From a bacterium (GTDB taxonomy: Bacteria > Verrucomicrobiota > Kiritimatiellia > CAIKKV01 > CAITUY01): a DNA stretch of 64,000 nt. The stretch's first letter is position 1. Each line of letters opens with the position of its first letter. Below the pieces are notes generated by a model that was given only the letters and a program-made list of their open reading frames with translations, was not told the origin of the DNA and did not search any database. Location: positions 96,588-160,587 of the forward strand of contig JBAXWB010000007.1 of the NCBI GenBank assembly GCA_037128595.1, read 5' to 3'. The position numbers and the translations under genes are program-made. Positions 38,739 through 48,946 of the stretch are shown piece after piece.

Positions 38739-40160
38739 TCAGGGCTCAATAAACACGTACAGGATCGTTTTTCGCTGCAGCAGGGGGGCAACGAACTCGC
38801 GGAACGCCCCGTACCTCATGGATGGGGGGACAAACGCCAGGATGACCCCCGGCACGTCTTCTTTGGACGTCAACGCAGGGATGAGTTGAGCCGCCGTTGG
38901 AACGGGAAGACGGGTCTCGCTGAAGGTGGGCGTGGAGTCGTCCCCCTTCCACTCCATACTCACCAGGACCAGGGTTCCCGTGGCCCCTGTGGCTCCGTTT
39001 TCAAGAATCAACTCTGCCGCCAGGGCCGGCCGGGCTTCCCGTTTCCGATGCTGTTCGTTGGGAAGAAAGGCCCGGAAATAAGGATGACCCGGTGGCGGCG
39101 CATCCACCCGGACGCCATGTTCCGAATCCAGTTTATCCAGCAGCCTCGCCACTTTCTGCAAGGATACCATGGTCAGGGACTCCTCCGGATGGAAAGTCAG
39201 ATACGCGGCCTGATCGATACCGGAGAAGCCTTCGAGCACATCGAGCACCCCTGAGAGGGTCCGGTTCGTATTCACCGGCTGTCCCGCCGCATCCTGTAAC
39301 GTGTAAGCCAGATCCGCGGTATTGCTTCCTGAGCCCGGGCCGACCGTCAATACGAAATCAAAGTCATGTGCACGCCCGTCCTTGAAATAAGGTTCAAAGG
39401 TCACCTCGATCACCTGGTTGGAAGGGAGCCGCAGGGCTGGATTGGGGACTTGATAGGAATAGACTTCACTTTGGGCGTCACGGCGGGGCACATCCAGCAC
39501 CGTCGTCCGTTCATTGTAATGCGACACAATGCAACCCGGGGTGAACGCATCGGCGGCATACACCCGGCCGGTGACCGGCTCCGTCACCTCCGTCCACTCG
39601 GACCCCGTGAACACAAAGCCATTCTCAGGCAGCGTTTTCCCCGTGCGGGTATCAATGGTCAATCGAGCGGCCGGAATATGGACCTGGTTGGTAAGGGTGG
39701 GATCCTGGTAATGGAAGGTGACGGCCACGCGGTCCCCCCTCGGCCAGAACTGGAGAGCGCCCGCATCCACCCCGTGGCCTGGTTTCAACCCGATGAACTG
39801 CAAGGCATTATGAATATCCAATGCGGCAGCGAACGCCACCGCATGCGCCTCGTAATCCTTCCCGCTGGTCGCGGTCACCAGCGGGAACTCGGCCGGGCTG
39901 CCCGGCTCCAGCCTAAGCGACTCCGCTGACACCCGGACGATGCGGCCGGTTTTGTCAGCCAGCAATCCGGGACGCACCATAAAATTATCCTGCCCGCCAT
40001 ACTGCTTCAGCCGGGCGGCATCGAACGCCTGAACGCTGACGAGGGCTTTTTCACGTGGGGTCAGTTCCACCGGCGGCGCAGCTACCGCACCCACCTGCAT
40101 CCTGTTGAGCGCCCACACGGCGCCGAGAAGTCCCATCCATTGCTGGCTACGCATCATCAT
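38739..40160 (-). CDS. hypothetical secreted protein (473 aa)
   Basis: Signal peptide MMMRSQQWMGLLGAVWALN; no recognised motifs; 21 nt upstream of the MipA-like gene end. Confidence 0.45.
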   Translation of the reverse strand: MMMRSQQWMGLLGAVWALNRMQVGAVAAPPVELTPREKALVSVQAFDAARLKQYGGQDNFMVRPGLLADKTGRIVRVSAESLRLEPGSPAEFPLVTATSGKDYEAHAVAFAAALDIHNALQFIGLKPGHGVDAGALQFWPRGDRVAVTFHYQDPTLTNQVHIPAARLTIDTRTGKTLPENGFVFTGSEWTEVTEPVTGRVYAADAFTPGCIVSHYNERTTVLDVPRRDAQSEVYSYQVPNPALRLPSNQVIEVTFEPYFKDGRAHDFDFVLTVGPGSGSNTADLAYTLQDAAGQPVNTNRTLSGVLDVLEGFSGIDQAAYLTFHPEESLTMVSLQKVARLLDKLDSEHGVRVDAPPPGHPYFRAFLPNEQHRKREARPALAAELILENGATGATGTLVLVSMEWKGDDSTPTFSETRLPVPTAAQLIPALTSKEDVPGVILAFVPPSMRYGAFREFVAPLLQRKTILYVFIEP

Positions 40161-40181
40161 GATTCCTGTTGAAGAGTCCGT

Positions 40182-41138
40182 TTATGGTTTCGCCCGCTTC
40201 ACCTGATTTTTTGACTGGGCGATTTTCCAGGTGAACCCCAGGCCCACCATATAGCTGTTCTGCGCCCGCACCAGGGGACTGTCCTCATAAACCGCCCCCG
40301 CGACATTATCCATCCGGGCGTAAAGAGCCGCCGATACCCCATCGAACAGGCGGCGGGACAGCCAGCCGGAGGCAAACGCCCCGCTATATCCGCCCTGACT
40401 GTGATAATAGGGCCGGGCAGAAGTGACGTAAGCCTCATCCACATCATAGAAATACCCGTGGTAATCCCGGTCCGAAAAATCCAGCCCTGTTTTCAGGCCG
40501 GCCGTCCATAGCGAGGTGGGCGTCGGCTTGAACCCGGCCAGCACCAGACTGAGACTGCTTTTCAGTCCTTCATAGCCGGGGCTCAGATCATCCATATCGA
40601 TGGAAATGACCCCGCGGACGGCGGCTTCCAGAAAGATGGCCCTCACTTTTTCCCCGTTATACAAATAGAATCGGGCCGCCGGCCCCAGCTCAAGCAGCGG
40701 GTTCAAATCCGGCATCCCGGTTCGCGCGCCCCCCTCGTCCGTTACCGGAGGATTGCCGCTCATCGATAGTTCAAGCTCGAACCGGTACCCCTTGTAAAAT
40801 GAACCCCGGACGCCATCCTTGTCCGCCTGGATATAGTCCCCGCGATAGATGAAGAACGGGAGGGGAAAGGCATAGGTTTTATACTCATCGGAGCCACGGT
40901 AAAACGGGACACGGGCGGCCATTCCAAAGACGCCAACCTCCCATTTCGGCAACCCCGGCGGAACCGGGGGGCCGGCGGGGGCATTGGAGATCGCGATATC
41001 CGCAAACCCGTAAGTCCCCATTCCCAGGAGGAGCACGCCCATTATTATTAATTTAATCAATTTGATCTCATTTACCGGCCACGATAAGACCTGAAACACT
41101 TGTCGGGCTAAACTAACGGGCCAGCCATCAGCATGCAA
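40182..41138 (-). CDS. MipA/OmpV family outer-membrane scaffolding protein (start uncertain)
   Basis: Alternating beta-strand pattern rich in Tyr/Gly; YKGYRFELELSMSGNP ... SYMVGLGFTWKI resembles MltA-interacting protein family. Confidence 0.55.
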   Translation of the reverse strand: MHADGWPVSLARQVFQVLSWPVNEIKLIKLIIMGVLLLGMGTYGFADIAISNAPAGPPVPPGLPKWEVGVFGMAARVPFYRGSDEYKTYAFPLPFFIYRGDYIQADKDGVRGSFYKGYRFELELSMSGNPPVTDEGGARTGMPDLNPLLELGPAARFYLYNGEKVRAIFLEAAVRGVISIDMDDLSPGYEGLKSSLSLVLAGFKPTPTSLWTAGLKTGLDFSDRDYHGYFYDVDEAYVTSARPYYHSQGGYSGAFASGWLSRRLFDGVSAALYARMDNVAGAVYEDSPLVRAQNSYMVGLGFTWKIAQSKNQVKRAKP

Positions 41139-41259
41139 CTATTTTGACTCGCCTGTTCCAATATCTATATTGACAGCAGCAGAGGCGAAAGCTTAGGCTT
41201 TCCTGCAATTGGGACCTTTGAGTCGCATTTAAGACATACGACAGCAAACAGGAGGTAGC

Positions 41260-41550
41260 ATGAAGAAAATAATAATGGGTTTGGTCATCACCAGCGTCTT
41301 GCTCGGAACCGTGTGTCCGTCCCAGGCGATTAATGAAAAACGTGGCGGATTAATGGGCTTCATCGCCGGTTGCTGCTTTGGCATCCGTGCTGGAGCCGCT
41401 TATAATGACGGCAGAGAGATCCACTGGCGCGAATGGGTTATGCTGATTCCGTATGTCAATATCGTGTTCGCGATCTGGAACGGAATTGACGGCGCCAACG
41501 GCATGCAAACGTCTGATTATACCAAGAAATACGGCGCTGCGTTTTATTGA
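41260..41550 (+). CDS. small secreted TM2-domain-like protein (paralog 1, 96 aa)
   Basis: AGGAGG RBS; signal peptide (...CPSQA|INE); GFIAGCCFGIRAGAAYNDG ... IVFAIWNGIDGANG resembles the TM2 two-helix G-rich / IWxxID pattern. Confidence 0.5.
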   Translation: MKKIIMGLVITSVLLGTVCPSQAINEKRGGLMGFIAGCCFGIRAGAAYNDGREIHWREWVMLIPYVNIVFAIWNGIDGANGMQTSDYTKKYGAAFY

Positions 41551-41605
41551 GTTGTTTCGCGGATAAATTGACAATTACTAAATTCAGATATATTCAGGAG
41601 AAATA

Positions 41606-41896
41606 ATGAAAAAAATAGTCATGTGTTTGACGATCAGCGGCATACTGTTCAGTTCGGTAAGTCCGTCTATGGCCATTAACGAACAACGCGGCGGGTTGAT
41701 GGGTTTCATCGCCGGATGCTGCTTCGGCATTCGTGCTGGAGCTGCCTATAATGATGGTAAAGACATTCACTGGCGTGAATGGATTTTGTTGATTCCTATC
41801 GTCGGTTTTGTGGCATCCATCTGGAATGGAATCGATGGCGCCAATGGAATGCAAAAGGCTGATTACGCGAAGCAATATGGCTCTACGTTTTATTGA
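41606..41896 (+). CDS. small secreted TM2-domain-like protein (paralog 2, 96 aa; ~70% identical to paralog 1)
   Basis: AGGAGA RBS; same architecture; tandem duplicate. Confidence 0.5.
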   Translation: MKKIVMCLTISGILFSSVSPSMAINEQRGGLMGFIAGCCFGIRAGAAYNDGKDIHWREWILLIPIVGFVASIWNGIDGANGMQKADYAKQYGSTFY

Positions 41897-41919
41897 GACA
41901 CCCTGCCATTTAATAAAAA

Positions 41920-41953
41920 GGATTCCGGGCTTTTTGACCGGAATCCTTTTTTT
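41920..41953 (+). terminator. Rho-independent terminator (GGATTCCGG-gctttttga-CCGGAATCC + T7)
   Basis: Perfect 9-bp stem followed by TTTTTTT, directly after the paralog 2 stop. Confidence 0.7.
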
Positions 41954-41969
41954 ATTTCTGCCCTTCCGG

Positions 41970-42737
41970 GTGACTGCGGCGGATACGGACTTAGCCGATC
42001 AACTATTTCAAGAGGGGAACTGGACGACCTGCATGCAGGAAAGCCAGCGGATCTTGTGCCATACCCCCTCCAACGAACAGGCCCTCCTGCTCTACACCAC
42101 CTCCGCCCTGCGATCCGGCAAGGCTCATGCCACCAATAGCCTGCCCGCCCTGCTTCACCTCTCGAACCTGGCCCGGCAGCCTGATATCCGGGCACAAGCC
42201 GCCAATGAGGCCGCCTGGCTTCTGGCCCGTCAGAACCGGCTTCAGGAAGCCTGGCCCCTTGCCGAACAGGCGTTTCTATCATCTTCCCAGACCCCGATCT
42301 TCCTTTCCAGCGGGGCCCTGTTGCTGCGACTCATGACCGCTCATTCCCAGCTCTTCACCCCCTCCGAAAGCCTTCGACTCCAGCTGGAAAGTTGCGACCC
42401 TATCCTGCGAGACGTTCTCCCGCCTCCTATCGGCGCCCTCCCCTCAAAACCGGCCTCCCTTCTGTCCAGACCGGGACAATGGGTCGTCGCCTTCTACCGA
42501 CGCGCCATTCGCCCGGCCATTGGGGCACGCTGTTCGCTGAAACCGCACTGTTCGGAATATTTCCTGCAGGCAGGGCGGGCCCATCCGCTCCTCGCCCTCC
42601 CCATGATCGCCGACCGGCTCGTGCGTGAACCCAGCGTGGTCAACTCCGGTACATCGGACGTCGTCCAGGAAAATGGCACGACCTTTTACAAAGATCCGCT
42701 TTCAAATCATGACTTCTGGATGACCACACACCTATGA
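41970..42737 (+). CDS. YidD-domain (membrane protein insertion efficiency factor-like) protein with N-terminal TPR-like extension
   Basis: C-terminal FYRRAIRPAIGARCSLKPHCSEYFLQAGRAHPLLALPMIADRLVRE matches the YidD/DUF37 core (YxxxISPxxGxxCRFxPTCSxY). The track ORF start (41808) overlaps the upstream gene and the terminator; GTG 41970 is the first plausible start. Confidence 0.5.
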   Translation: MTAADTDLADQLFQEGNWTTCMQESQRILCHTPSNEQALLLYTTSALRSGKAHATNSLPALLHLSNLARQPDIRAQAANEAAWLLARQNRLQEAWPLAEQAFLSSSQTPIFLSSGALLLRLMTAHSQLFTPSESLRLQLESCDPILRDVLPPPIGALPSKPASLLSRPGQWVVAFYRRAIRPAIGARCSLKPHCSEYFLQAGRAHPLLALPMIADRLVREPSVVNSGTSDVVQENGTTFYKDPLSNHDFWMTTHL

Positions 42738-43624
42738 CACACCCTTCTCCCCCCCTCTTGACCATCTTTTCCCTGGGACTGGCCTTCTGCCTGCTGCCCC
42801 TCCTTCCCGCCCGTGGGACTGACCCTGCCGATGCCAACATCCTCCTGGCCAACACACTCGGCGAGGAAGGCCATCACACAGCGGCAGCCGTGGAATTCCG
42901 CCGACTGGCCCTCCTGTCCCCCGCCCCGAGCGACCAGGCCTCCTTCTCCTGTGCGGCAGCCTATGAATACCAGCGTGCGGGAGATATCTTGCTTGCCGAA
43001 AAAATGCTCGATCAGGCGGAAAATGAGTATTCTGGGATCACCCCGGAAATCCTCCTGTTCCGGGGCAAGAACGCCATGTCGGCCGGAAACTGGACGGAGG
43101 CCTCATTCTATTTCCAGGGTCTGACCCAGGGGGCGACGCAGCCCGTCACACGGTTGGCCAGCCGTTCGCTAGCCGTAACCCAACTCCATCTCAAGGATCC
43201 TGCAGGGGCCAAAAAATCCCTCACCGAATCCCCCGGCGATGAAACTGAGGGACTCAAGGCTCTTGAGCACTACTCCCGCGGCTCCGACAAGAGTCCCCGC
43301 ATCGGAGGACTCCTCGGCATGATCCCCGGCATGGGCTACGCCTACTCAGGGGAATACCCGAACGCCGCACGCTCTTTGATCCTGAATGGCATCTTTATCT
43401 TCGGTATGGTCTCCACGGCGGAAGAGGATCTCTGGGGGGCCTTCACCGTCATCAGTTTCTTTGAAGTGACCTGGTACTCGGGAAGTATCTATGGCGGTGT
43501 CGACGCCGCCAACCGCTACAATCAGAACCGCCTGGACACCTGCACCTCCGCCATCTACCGGGAGAGTCAGGCCAGACCGGACTATACCCAACTGCCCCTC
43601 TTGCGCCTTCAATACAAGTTTTAA
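42734..43624 (+). CDS. hypothetical signal-peptide protein, TPR-like N-terminus, Gly-rich TM2-like C-terminus
   Basis: 4-nt overlap with upstream gene; signal peptide LGLAFCLLPLLPARG; C-terminal GLLGMIPGMGYAYSGEYPNAARSLILNGIFIFG. Confidence 0.45.
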   Translation: MTHPSPPLLTIFSLGLAFCLLPLLPARGTDPADANILLANTLGEEGHHTAAAVEFRRLALLSPAPSDQASFSCAAAYEYQRAGDILLAEKMLDQAENEYSGITPEILLFRGKNAMSAGNWTEASFYFQGLTQGATQPVTRLASRSLAVTQLHLKDPAGAKKSLTESPGDETEGLKALEHYSRGSDKSPRIGGLLGMIPGMGYAYSGEYPNAARSLILNGIFIFGMVSTAEEDLWGAFTVISFFEVTWYSGSIYGGVDAANRYNQNRLDTCTSAIYRESQARPDYTQLPLLRLQYKF

Positions 43625-43654
43625 TGGAAAAAACGAACCCCTCAGGAGCTCCCC

Positions 43655-44416
43655 ATGACCCCACGCCTTGAATCGATTGCACTGGCCCTAGTGTTTGTGT
43701 TAGGTTCCGCCACCATGAATTCCGCCAGCACCCTTGTTGACCAGTTGATTGCCGGATACGAGACCATCCAGTCCGTATCCTGCGATGTGCGGCGTGACGC
43801 CGAATCATCGGGCAACAAGGTGCGTGCCCTGAGCCGCGTCTTCTTCGAGAAACCTGATAAACTTCATGTGGATAATGTCACGCCGCTGCCCCGCCGGATT
43901 ATTTGCGACGGAGTCACGTTCTTCAGTTTTTTGGAGGGGGACCCCAAGGGGTATTCCCGCCCGGTAAGTAAGCTGGAAAATGACATGCTGATTTCGTTAC
44001 GGAAAGTACCTGCCACCGCCATGGATCACCTGCTCCGGTTGCGCGGTATGGCGGAAACAAATCTGGAGGCCACCAGCACGTATCCCGTCCGCAAGGGGTA
44101 TGATACCGGCAAGATGTTTGCCGTGCTCTCCCTGGACACCTCCAATCGCCTCACTCGCATTGAAATGTTCACCTCGGCGGACTTGAAACAGCTGATTGCC
44201 CGGATGGATTACGGAAATTTCGTTGAAGCCGTACCCGGCGTCTGGCTGGCGGCTCTCCATCAGAGTTCCATGTGGTTGGGGGGAAAAGAAAGCAAGGAGA
44301 CCTCCCGCTTCGATCATCTCACCATCAATCAACCCATTGCGCAGGATCTATTCAAGGCGTCCCTCTATTTCAAGGGCATTGAGTTTGTTTCCAGCTTTGA
44401 ACAAATGTATCCATGA
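43655..44416 (+). CDS. LolA-like / outer-membrane lipoprotein-sorting fold protein
   Basis: Signal peptide; LIAGYETIQSVSCDVRRD ... N-terminal pattern common to LolA-like (DUF2092/LolA_like) proteins; weak. Confidence 0.45.
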   Translation: MTPRLESIALALVFVLGSATMNSASTLVDQLIAGYETIQSVSCDVRRDAESSGNKVRALSRVFFEKPDKLHVDNVTPLPRRIICDGVTFFSFLEGDPKGYSRPVSKLENDMLISLRKVPATAMDHLLRLRGMAETNLEATSTYPVRKGYDTGKMFAVLSLDTSNRLTRIEMFTSADLKQLIARMDYGNFVEAVPGVWLAALHQSSMWLGGKESKETSRFDHLTINQPIAQDLFKASLYFKGIEFVSSFEQMYP

Positions 44417-44495
44417 AGGTAGCCAGAAGTCAGAATTCTGAATACCTGAGCGGTTCCCCACGAAGAAGCCCGACGAACTAGGAAAACACCCCCTC

Positions 44496-46022
44496 ATGTC
44501 TGATCCCACCATTGAAGAACTCAAAGCGGCGACCGCGCTGCTCAAACAAGTCGCCGGCAACCGGGCGTTATTAGCGGAACTCTCCCTGGAAGACCGCAAG
44601 CATCTGATCTCCGCCGCGGGCGATGTCTACTGCCCGGATATGTTTGAACGCCGGCGTCTGGTCCGCGCCACTGAACGCCGCCGTAAAGCCGAATTGATCG
44701 CCCGCGATCAGGCGAAACTCGCGGACACAGGAATCCGCAAACTGCGCCAGAAGCCCGTCTTCACCACCCCCAACATCCTGCCTCCCGCCCAGTTTGAGCA
44801 GCAGGATGTCGAGGGCGACCCGGAATTCCGCGATGTGGTGGAGCCCCGCAACTGCTATACCTGCAAACAGAACTATACGTCGATCCACCATTTCTACGAT
44901 CATCTCTGCCCCGCCTGCGCCACCTTGAACTTCCATAAACGCACCGAGTCCGCCAATTTGAGCGGCCGAGTCGCCCTGCTGACCGGTGGCCGCGTGAAAA
45001 TCGGCTATCAGGCGGGCATCAAGCTACTGCGGGCCGGCGCCCACCTGATCGTCTGCACGCGCTTCCCCCGCGATTCGGCCACCCGCTATGCCGCGGAAGC
45101 GGATTTCGCGGAGTGGGGACACCGGCTGGAAATCTTCGGCCTGGATTTCCGCCACACGCCCAGTGTCGAGGCCTTCTGCCGGCATCTGCTGGCCACCCTG
45201 CCCCGGCTGGACTTCATTATCAATAACGCCTGCCAGACGGTGCGGCGTCCGCCCGACTTCTATCAGCATATGATGGCGGGCGAAACCGCCGCCATTCAGG
45301 ATATGCCGGAGGCGACCCGGCGCTTGCTGGGCGCCTATGAAGGTTTGCGCGGCTACCATCTGTTACCGGAAGGCGATGCCGTGGTTGCCCAGAAGCGGAT
45401 GTCCGAGGTCGTCGGCATGACCCATGCCGCCGAACTGTCACAGATCCCCCTGCTCCCCGATGAACTGGCGGCCCAGCAGTCCCTCTTCCCGCAAGGCCGG
45501 CTCGACCAGGATCTGCAACAGGTCGATCTGCGCACCACCAACTCCTGGCGGATGCTGATGGCCGATGTGCCGGCCGTGGAGTTACTGGAAGTTCACCTGG
45601 TGAACGCCGTGGCCCCCTTCCTGCTGAATGCGCGGCTCAAACCGCTGATGCTGCGTACACCGGAGCGCGACAAACATATTGTGAATGTCTCGGCCATGGA
45701 AGGCCAGTTCTACCGCAAGCTCAAAACCACCCGCCATCCCCACACGAACATGGCCAAGGCCGCCTTGAACATGATGACCCGCACCTCGGCCACCGACTAT
45801 TTCAACGATGGCATCCATATGAACGCCGTGGATACCGGCTGGGTGACCGACGAAGACCCCATCGAGCTGGCCGAGATGAAGACCAAGATGCACCGCTTCC
45901 ACCCGCCACTGGACATCGTGGACGGTGCCGCCCGGATTGTGGACCCCATTATCGACGGCTTCAATACCGGCACCCACGTCTGGGGCAAGTTCCTGAAGGA
46001 CTACAAGCCGACGGATTGGTGA
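44496..46022 (+). CDS. SDR family oxidoreductase with ~160-aa N-terminal extension
   Basis: [31 protein letters not shown] (TGxxxxIG Rossmann); NNAC motif; YRKLK Tyr-Lys catalytic dyad. Confidence 0.7.
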   Translation: MSDPTIEELKAATALLKQVAGNRALLAELSLEDRKHLISAAGDVYCPDMFERRRLVRATERRRKAELIARDQAKLADTGIRKLRQKPVFTTPNILPPAQFEQQDVEGDPEFRDVVEPRNCYTCKQNYTSIHHFYDHLCPACATLNFHKRTESANLSGRVALLTGGRVKIGYQAGIKLLRAGAHLIVCTRFPRDSATRYAAEADFAEWGHRLEIFGLDFRHTPSVEAFCRHLLATLPRLDFIINNACQTVRRPPDFYQHMMAGETAAIQDMPEATRRLLGAYEGLRGYHLLPEGDAVVAQKRMSEVVGMTHAAELSQIPLLPDELAAQQSLFPQGRLDQDLQQVDLRTTNSWRMLMADVPAVELLEVHLVNAVAPFLLNARLKPLMLRTPERDKHIVNVSAMEGQFYRKLKTTRHPHTNMAKAALNMMTRTSATDYFNDGIHMNAVDTGWVTDEDPIELAEMKTKMHRFHPPLDIVDGAARIVDPIIDGFNTGTHVWGKFLKDYKPTDW

Positions 46023-46080
46023 GGAGAGAGGTCGAAGTCGTGAGTTGCGAGTCCAAAGCCGAACGTGGGCACTCGTGACT

Positions 46081-47181
46081 TTATTCGCTTAGGCGATAGC
46101 TTGTGCTCCGCCCGCGACTCGGATTCAGCATCAGGGTGCCACGCTCGAGAAGTTCCCTTATATCACGCAAGGCAGTGTCGGCGGAACAGTGCGCCAGCTT
46201 GGCATATTTGGATGAGGTCAGGTTCCCCTCAAACCCATCCAAAAGCCGGTTGACCACCAGGCGCTGACGGTCATTGATGGCTGACATGTTGATTTTCTCC
46301 CAGATCCGGGCTTTTCGCAAGACACCGGCCAGCGTCGTGTGCGCAAGCTCCAAGGCACGACCCAGACATTCAAGAAACCATTTCATCCACAGGGTGATCT
46401 CGATGGTGCCCTTCTGGCTGGACTCCAAAATCTGATAATAGTCTTTTCGTTCCGCTTCAATCTGGGCTGACATGCTGTAAAACCGAGTAGCCGTGCCATC
46501 AGCTCTGGCCAGGGCCATGTCCGCGATGGCACGGGCAATACGCCCGTTTCCATCCTCAAACGGATGGATCGTCACAAACCAGAAATGCGCCAAAGCGGCC
46601 TTCAATACCGGATCGACGGCAGGCGGCGCGTTGAACCATTGAAGAAACGCGTTCACCTCGGCATCCAGTCTGAGAGCGGCAGGAGCCTCGAAGTGCACCT
46701 TTTCGCGGCCGATTCCACCGGACACCACTTGCATTGGCCCCGACTCCATCGTACGCCATGCCCCCACGGTGATCTTTCTCATATTGCTATAGCCTGTAGG
46801 AAACAGCGCAGCGTGCCAGGAGAAAAGTCGTTCCTGAGTCAGGGGTTCGGCATACTTTTGCGTGGCATCAAGCATCATCTCCACCACGCCCTCAATGTGC
46901 CGGGACGACAGAGGTGTCCCGCCAGTCTCCATCCCCAGTTTACGAGCCAGGGAGGAGCGAACTTCGCCCGCATCCAGTGACTCGCCCTCTATAGCAGCAG
47001 ACTTCACAATATCAACGGTCAAGGTGGCAAGGTGCGCTTCATCACGCAAATGGAACCCCAACGCTTCCATTCGCCCCAGAAGCCGGCCTTGCCGATGCCG
47101 AATTTCCACCAGCGCAGGAGCCAATAGCGCATCATCCCACTTGAAATTCGGCCAATCTCGATCTTCGTATATGTACGGCAT
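46081..47181 (-). CDS. Fic family protein (AMPylase/adenylyltransferase fold) with C-terminal wHTH
   Basis: HPFEDGNGRIARAIADMALAR is the canonical HPFx(D/E)GNGRxxR Fic motif; start moved to MPYIYEDRDWPNFKWDD, the typical Fic N-terminus. Confidence 0.85.
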   Translation of the reverse strand: MPYIYEDRDWPNFKWDDALLAPALVEIRHRQGRLLGRMEALGFHLRDEAHLATLTVDIVKSAAIEGESLDAGEVRSSLARKLGMETGGTPLSSRHIEGVVEMMLDATQKYAEPLTQERLFSWHAALFPTGYSNMRKITVGAWRTMESGPMQVVSGGIGREKVHFEAPAALRLDAEVNAFLQWFNAPPAVDPVLKAALAHFWFVTIHPFEDGNGRIARAIADMALARADGTATRFYSMSAQIEAERKDYYQILESSQKGTIEITLWMKWFLECLGRALELAHTTLAGVLRKARIWEKINMSAINDRQRLVVNRLLDGFEGNLTSSKYAKLAHCSADTALRDIRELLERGTLMLNPSRGRSTSYRLSE

Positions 47182-47347
47182 AAACACCTCACCTGATCGA
47201 GATACTGAACTTTTAACGCGAATAGCGCAAGTATTTACCGCATATCCTGCGGTGATTAAGACGCTTATTCGCCGCAAATACCATCATCTCTCCTTCTGTT
47301 CTGGCTCCTGGATACGGTCATTTTTCGCCTCTTGATTTTATCAATAG

Positions 47348-47380
47348 CCAATGCTAAACAGCTTGAGCATGAGCAAGACC
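47348..47380. repeat. copy 1 of a ~33-bp direct repeat (CCAATGCTAAACAGCTTGAGCATGAGCAAGACC) spanning the start codon of the LacI-HTH gene
   Basis: Second copy at 48947-48979 (about 27/33 identical), immediately after the same gene's stop. Confidence 0.7.
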
Positions 47381-48943
47381 GCTACGTTAAAAGATGTGGC
47401 CATAGCCGCCGAAGTGGATCCTTCGACAGCCTCTTTTGTCATCAACGGCAAAGGAGATAAGCTCCGGATCAGTCCCTCCACCCAGGCTCGGATTATGGCT
47501 GCAGCCCGCCAGTTGGGATACCGCCCGAACGCCATTGCCAGGGATGTCGCTCTGGGGCGCGGTGTCGAGCCGATTATCACAAGTGACGCCTCGTCCACGT
47601 CGGCAATACCGAGAGAGCGGCAAATCGGCCTTGTGCTCTCGGCCACCAGTCCGGGCGAAACCCTGGCCTTGATCCCCAGGCTGGAGCCGCCACTCTCCGC
47701 CGCAGGCTACCAGTTGGTCGTGATCACCCTTCCTGTTGATGAGAGTGCAGTCCGGGAACGAGTGTTGAAACTTGGGTTTGCCGGACTCATCTGCTGTCCC
47801 ACCGTCTACGCCACCGTGTCCACGCTGGTCGCCGGGGTATGTCCCACCATCGTTTTATGGGAAGGCGCAGGGAAGGCGATCTTGATTGCGGTGAGCCCGC
47901 CACGAGCGGATGCAACCGTGGAGGGCAGTAGGCAGTCGGCAGTGAGCAATCCACAGCCTCCGGTACAACCCGCACCACCCATCCTTCAACCCAAACCGAT
48001 AGCCGTTGCGCCAGTTGCAACACCGAAGCCGGTCATCGTGGCTCCAACGCCGAGACCCGTTCCCGCGCCGACACCGGAGCCAATACCTGTGCCTGACACG
48101 GTCCCAGCGCCGGTCTTTACGCCCGAACCCGAGCTGGCTCCGGTGTCGGAGCCGAGTCCGGCCTTGGCCGATCCTGAACCGGTGTTATCGCCTTTGTCGC
48201 CGGAAGCCAGCATGTCAACACCGGCAACACCGGAATTGGATTCCAACCCGGTGCCGGAGACCGCAACACCGGAGCCCATTCCGGTGTCAGAGCCGAGTCC
48301 GGCCTTGGCCGATCCTGAACCCGTATCGTCGCCTTTGTCGCCGGAAGCCAGCGTGTCAACACCGGCAACACCGAAATTGGATCCCAGCCCGGCGACGGAG
48401 GCCGCAACACCGGTGCCGGTCATTGAGCCCAGTGAACTCACGCCGGTCACGGTGGCAGACCCTGCCGCTGACAACCCTTCGACAAGCTCAGGGCAGGCGG
48501 CGGCTACTACAGAAGAAAATTCAATTCCGGTTGTGACCGACGAGGTGCACGCTGCACCTGTAGTAACCGGTGTATCGCCGGTAGAAGCCAATCCAGAGCC
48601 ACAACCGGAACCTGCCCCGGAACCCGTGCCGACATTTACGCCAATCGTTACTTCAGCTCCGGCTCCCGAACCAGTAGCCCCACCCCCTGAACCCATCGCA
48701 GATCCACCGCCAGTGGTTTCCCCGCCGCCCGCGCCAGTGATACCTGCTGAGCCGCCACCTATCATTCCGGTCCCGGCTCCGGCAGAAGTTCTACCGCCAA
48801 CTGATTTTCCGATTCCCGAGGCACCTTCAGCCGACCCGCTGTCAGCAGCGAATGAGGCAACCATCGACACCGATTCGCCGATGTCAGAAACTGATTCGCA
48901 AGCTACGATTTCGCCCGATAAGCAGGCACCACCAATTCAATAA
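47351..48943 (+). CDS. LacI-type HTH protein with degenerate periplasmic-binding-like domain and long Pro/Ala/Thr/Glu-rich low-complexity tail
   Basis: N-terminal ATLKDVAIAAEVDPSTASFVINGKG...ISPSTQARIMAAARQLGYRPNAIARDV is the LacI/GalR HTH. The tail has PEPxP / PAP repeats including a 47-aa tandem duplication. Possible start at the second ATG (MSKTATLKDVA). Confidence 0.6.
   Translation: MLNSLSMSKTATLKDVAIAAEVDPSTASFVINGKGDKLRISPSTQARIMAAARQLGYRPNAIARDVALGRGVEPIITSDASSTSAIPRERQIGLVLSATSPGETLALIPRLEPPLSAAGYQLVVITLPVDESAVRERVLKLGFAGLICCPTVYATVSTLVAGVCPTIVLWEGAGKAILIAVSPPRADATVEGSRQSAVSNPQPPVQPAPPILQPKPIAVAPVATPKPVIVAPTPRPVPAPTPEPIPVPDTVPAPVFTPEPELAPVSEPSPALADPEPVLSPLSPEASMSTPATPELDSNPVPETATPEPIPVSEPSPALADPEPVSSPLSPEASVSTPATPKLDPSPATEAATPVPVIEPSELTPVTVADPAADNPSTSSGQAAATTEENSIPVVTDEVHAAPVVTGVSPVEANPEPQPEPAPEPVPTFTPIVTSAPAPEPVAPPPEPIADPPPVVSPPPAPVIPAEPPPIIPVPAPAEVLPPTDFPIPEAPSADPLSAANEATIDTDSPMSETDSQATISPDKQAPPIQ
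48120..48405 (+). repeat. 141-bp tandem duplication (x2) inside the Pro-rich coding region
   Basis: GAGCCGAGTCCGGCCTTGGCCGATCCTGAACC recurs at 48149 and 48290; encodes TPEP...SEPSPALADPEPV(L/S)SPLSPEAS(M/V)STPATP(E/K)LD twice. Confidence 0.75.
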
Positions 48944-48946
48944 TAA

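Noticed and set aside
41808-41969. Upstream part of the track ORF for the YidD-domain protein
   Set aside because: It would overlap the preceding paralog gene and read through its Rho-independent terminator (the IKRIPGFLTGILFLFLP segment is the hairpin translated). The start was moved to GTG 41970.
47986-48870. 294-aa Gly/Ser-rich minus-strand ORF
   Set aside because: Antisense shadow of the Pro/Ala-rich low-complexity tail of the LacI-HTH gene (GC-rich repeats read open on both strands).
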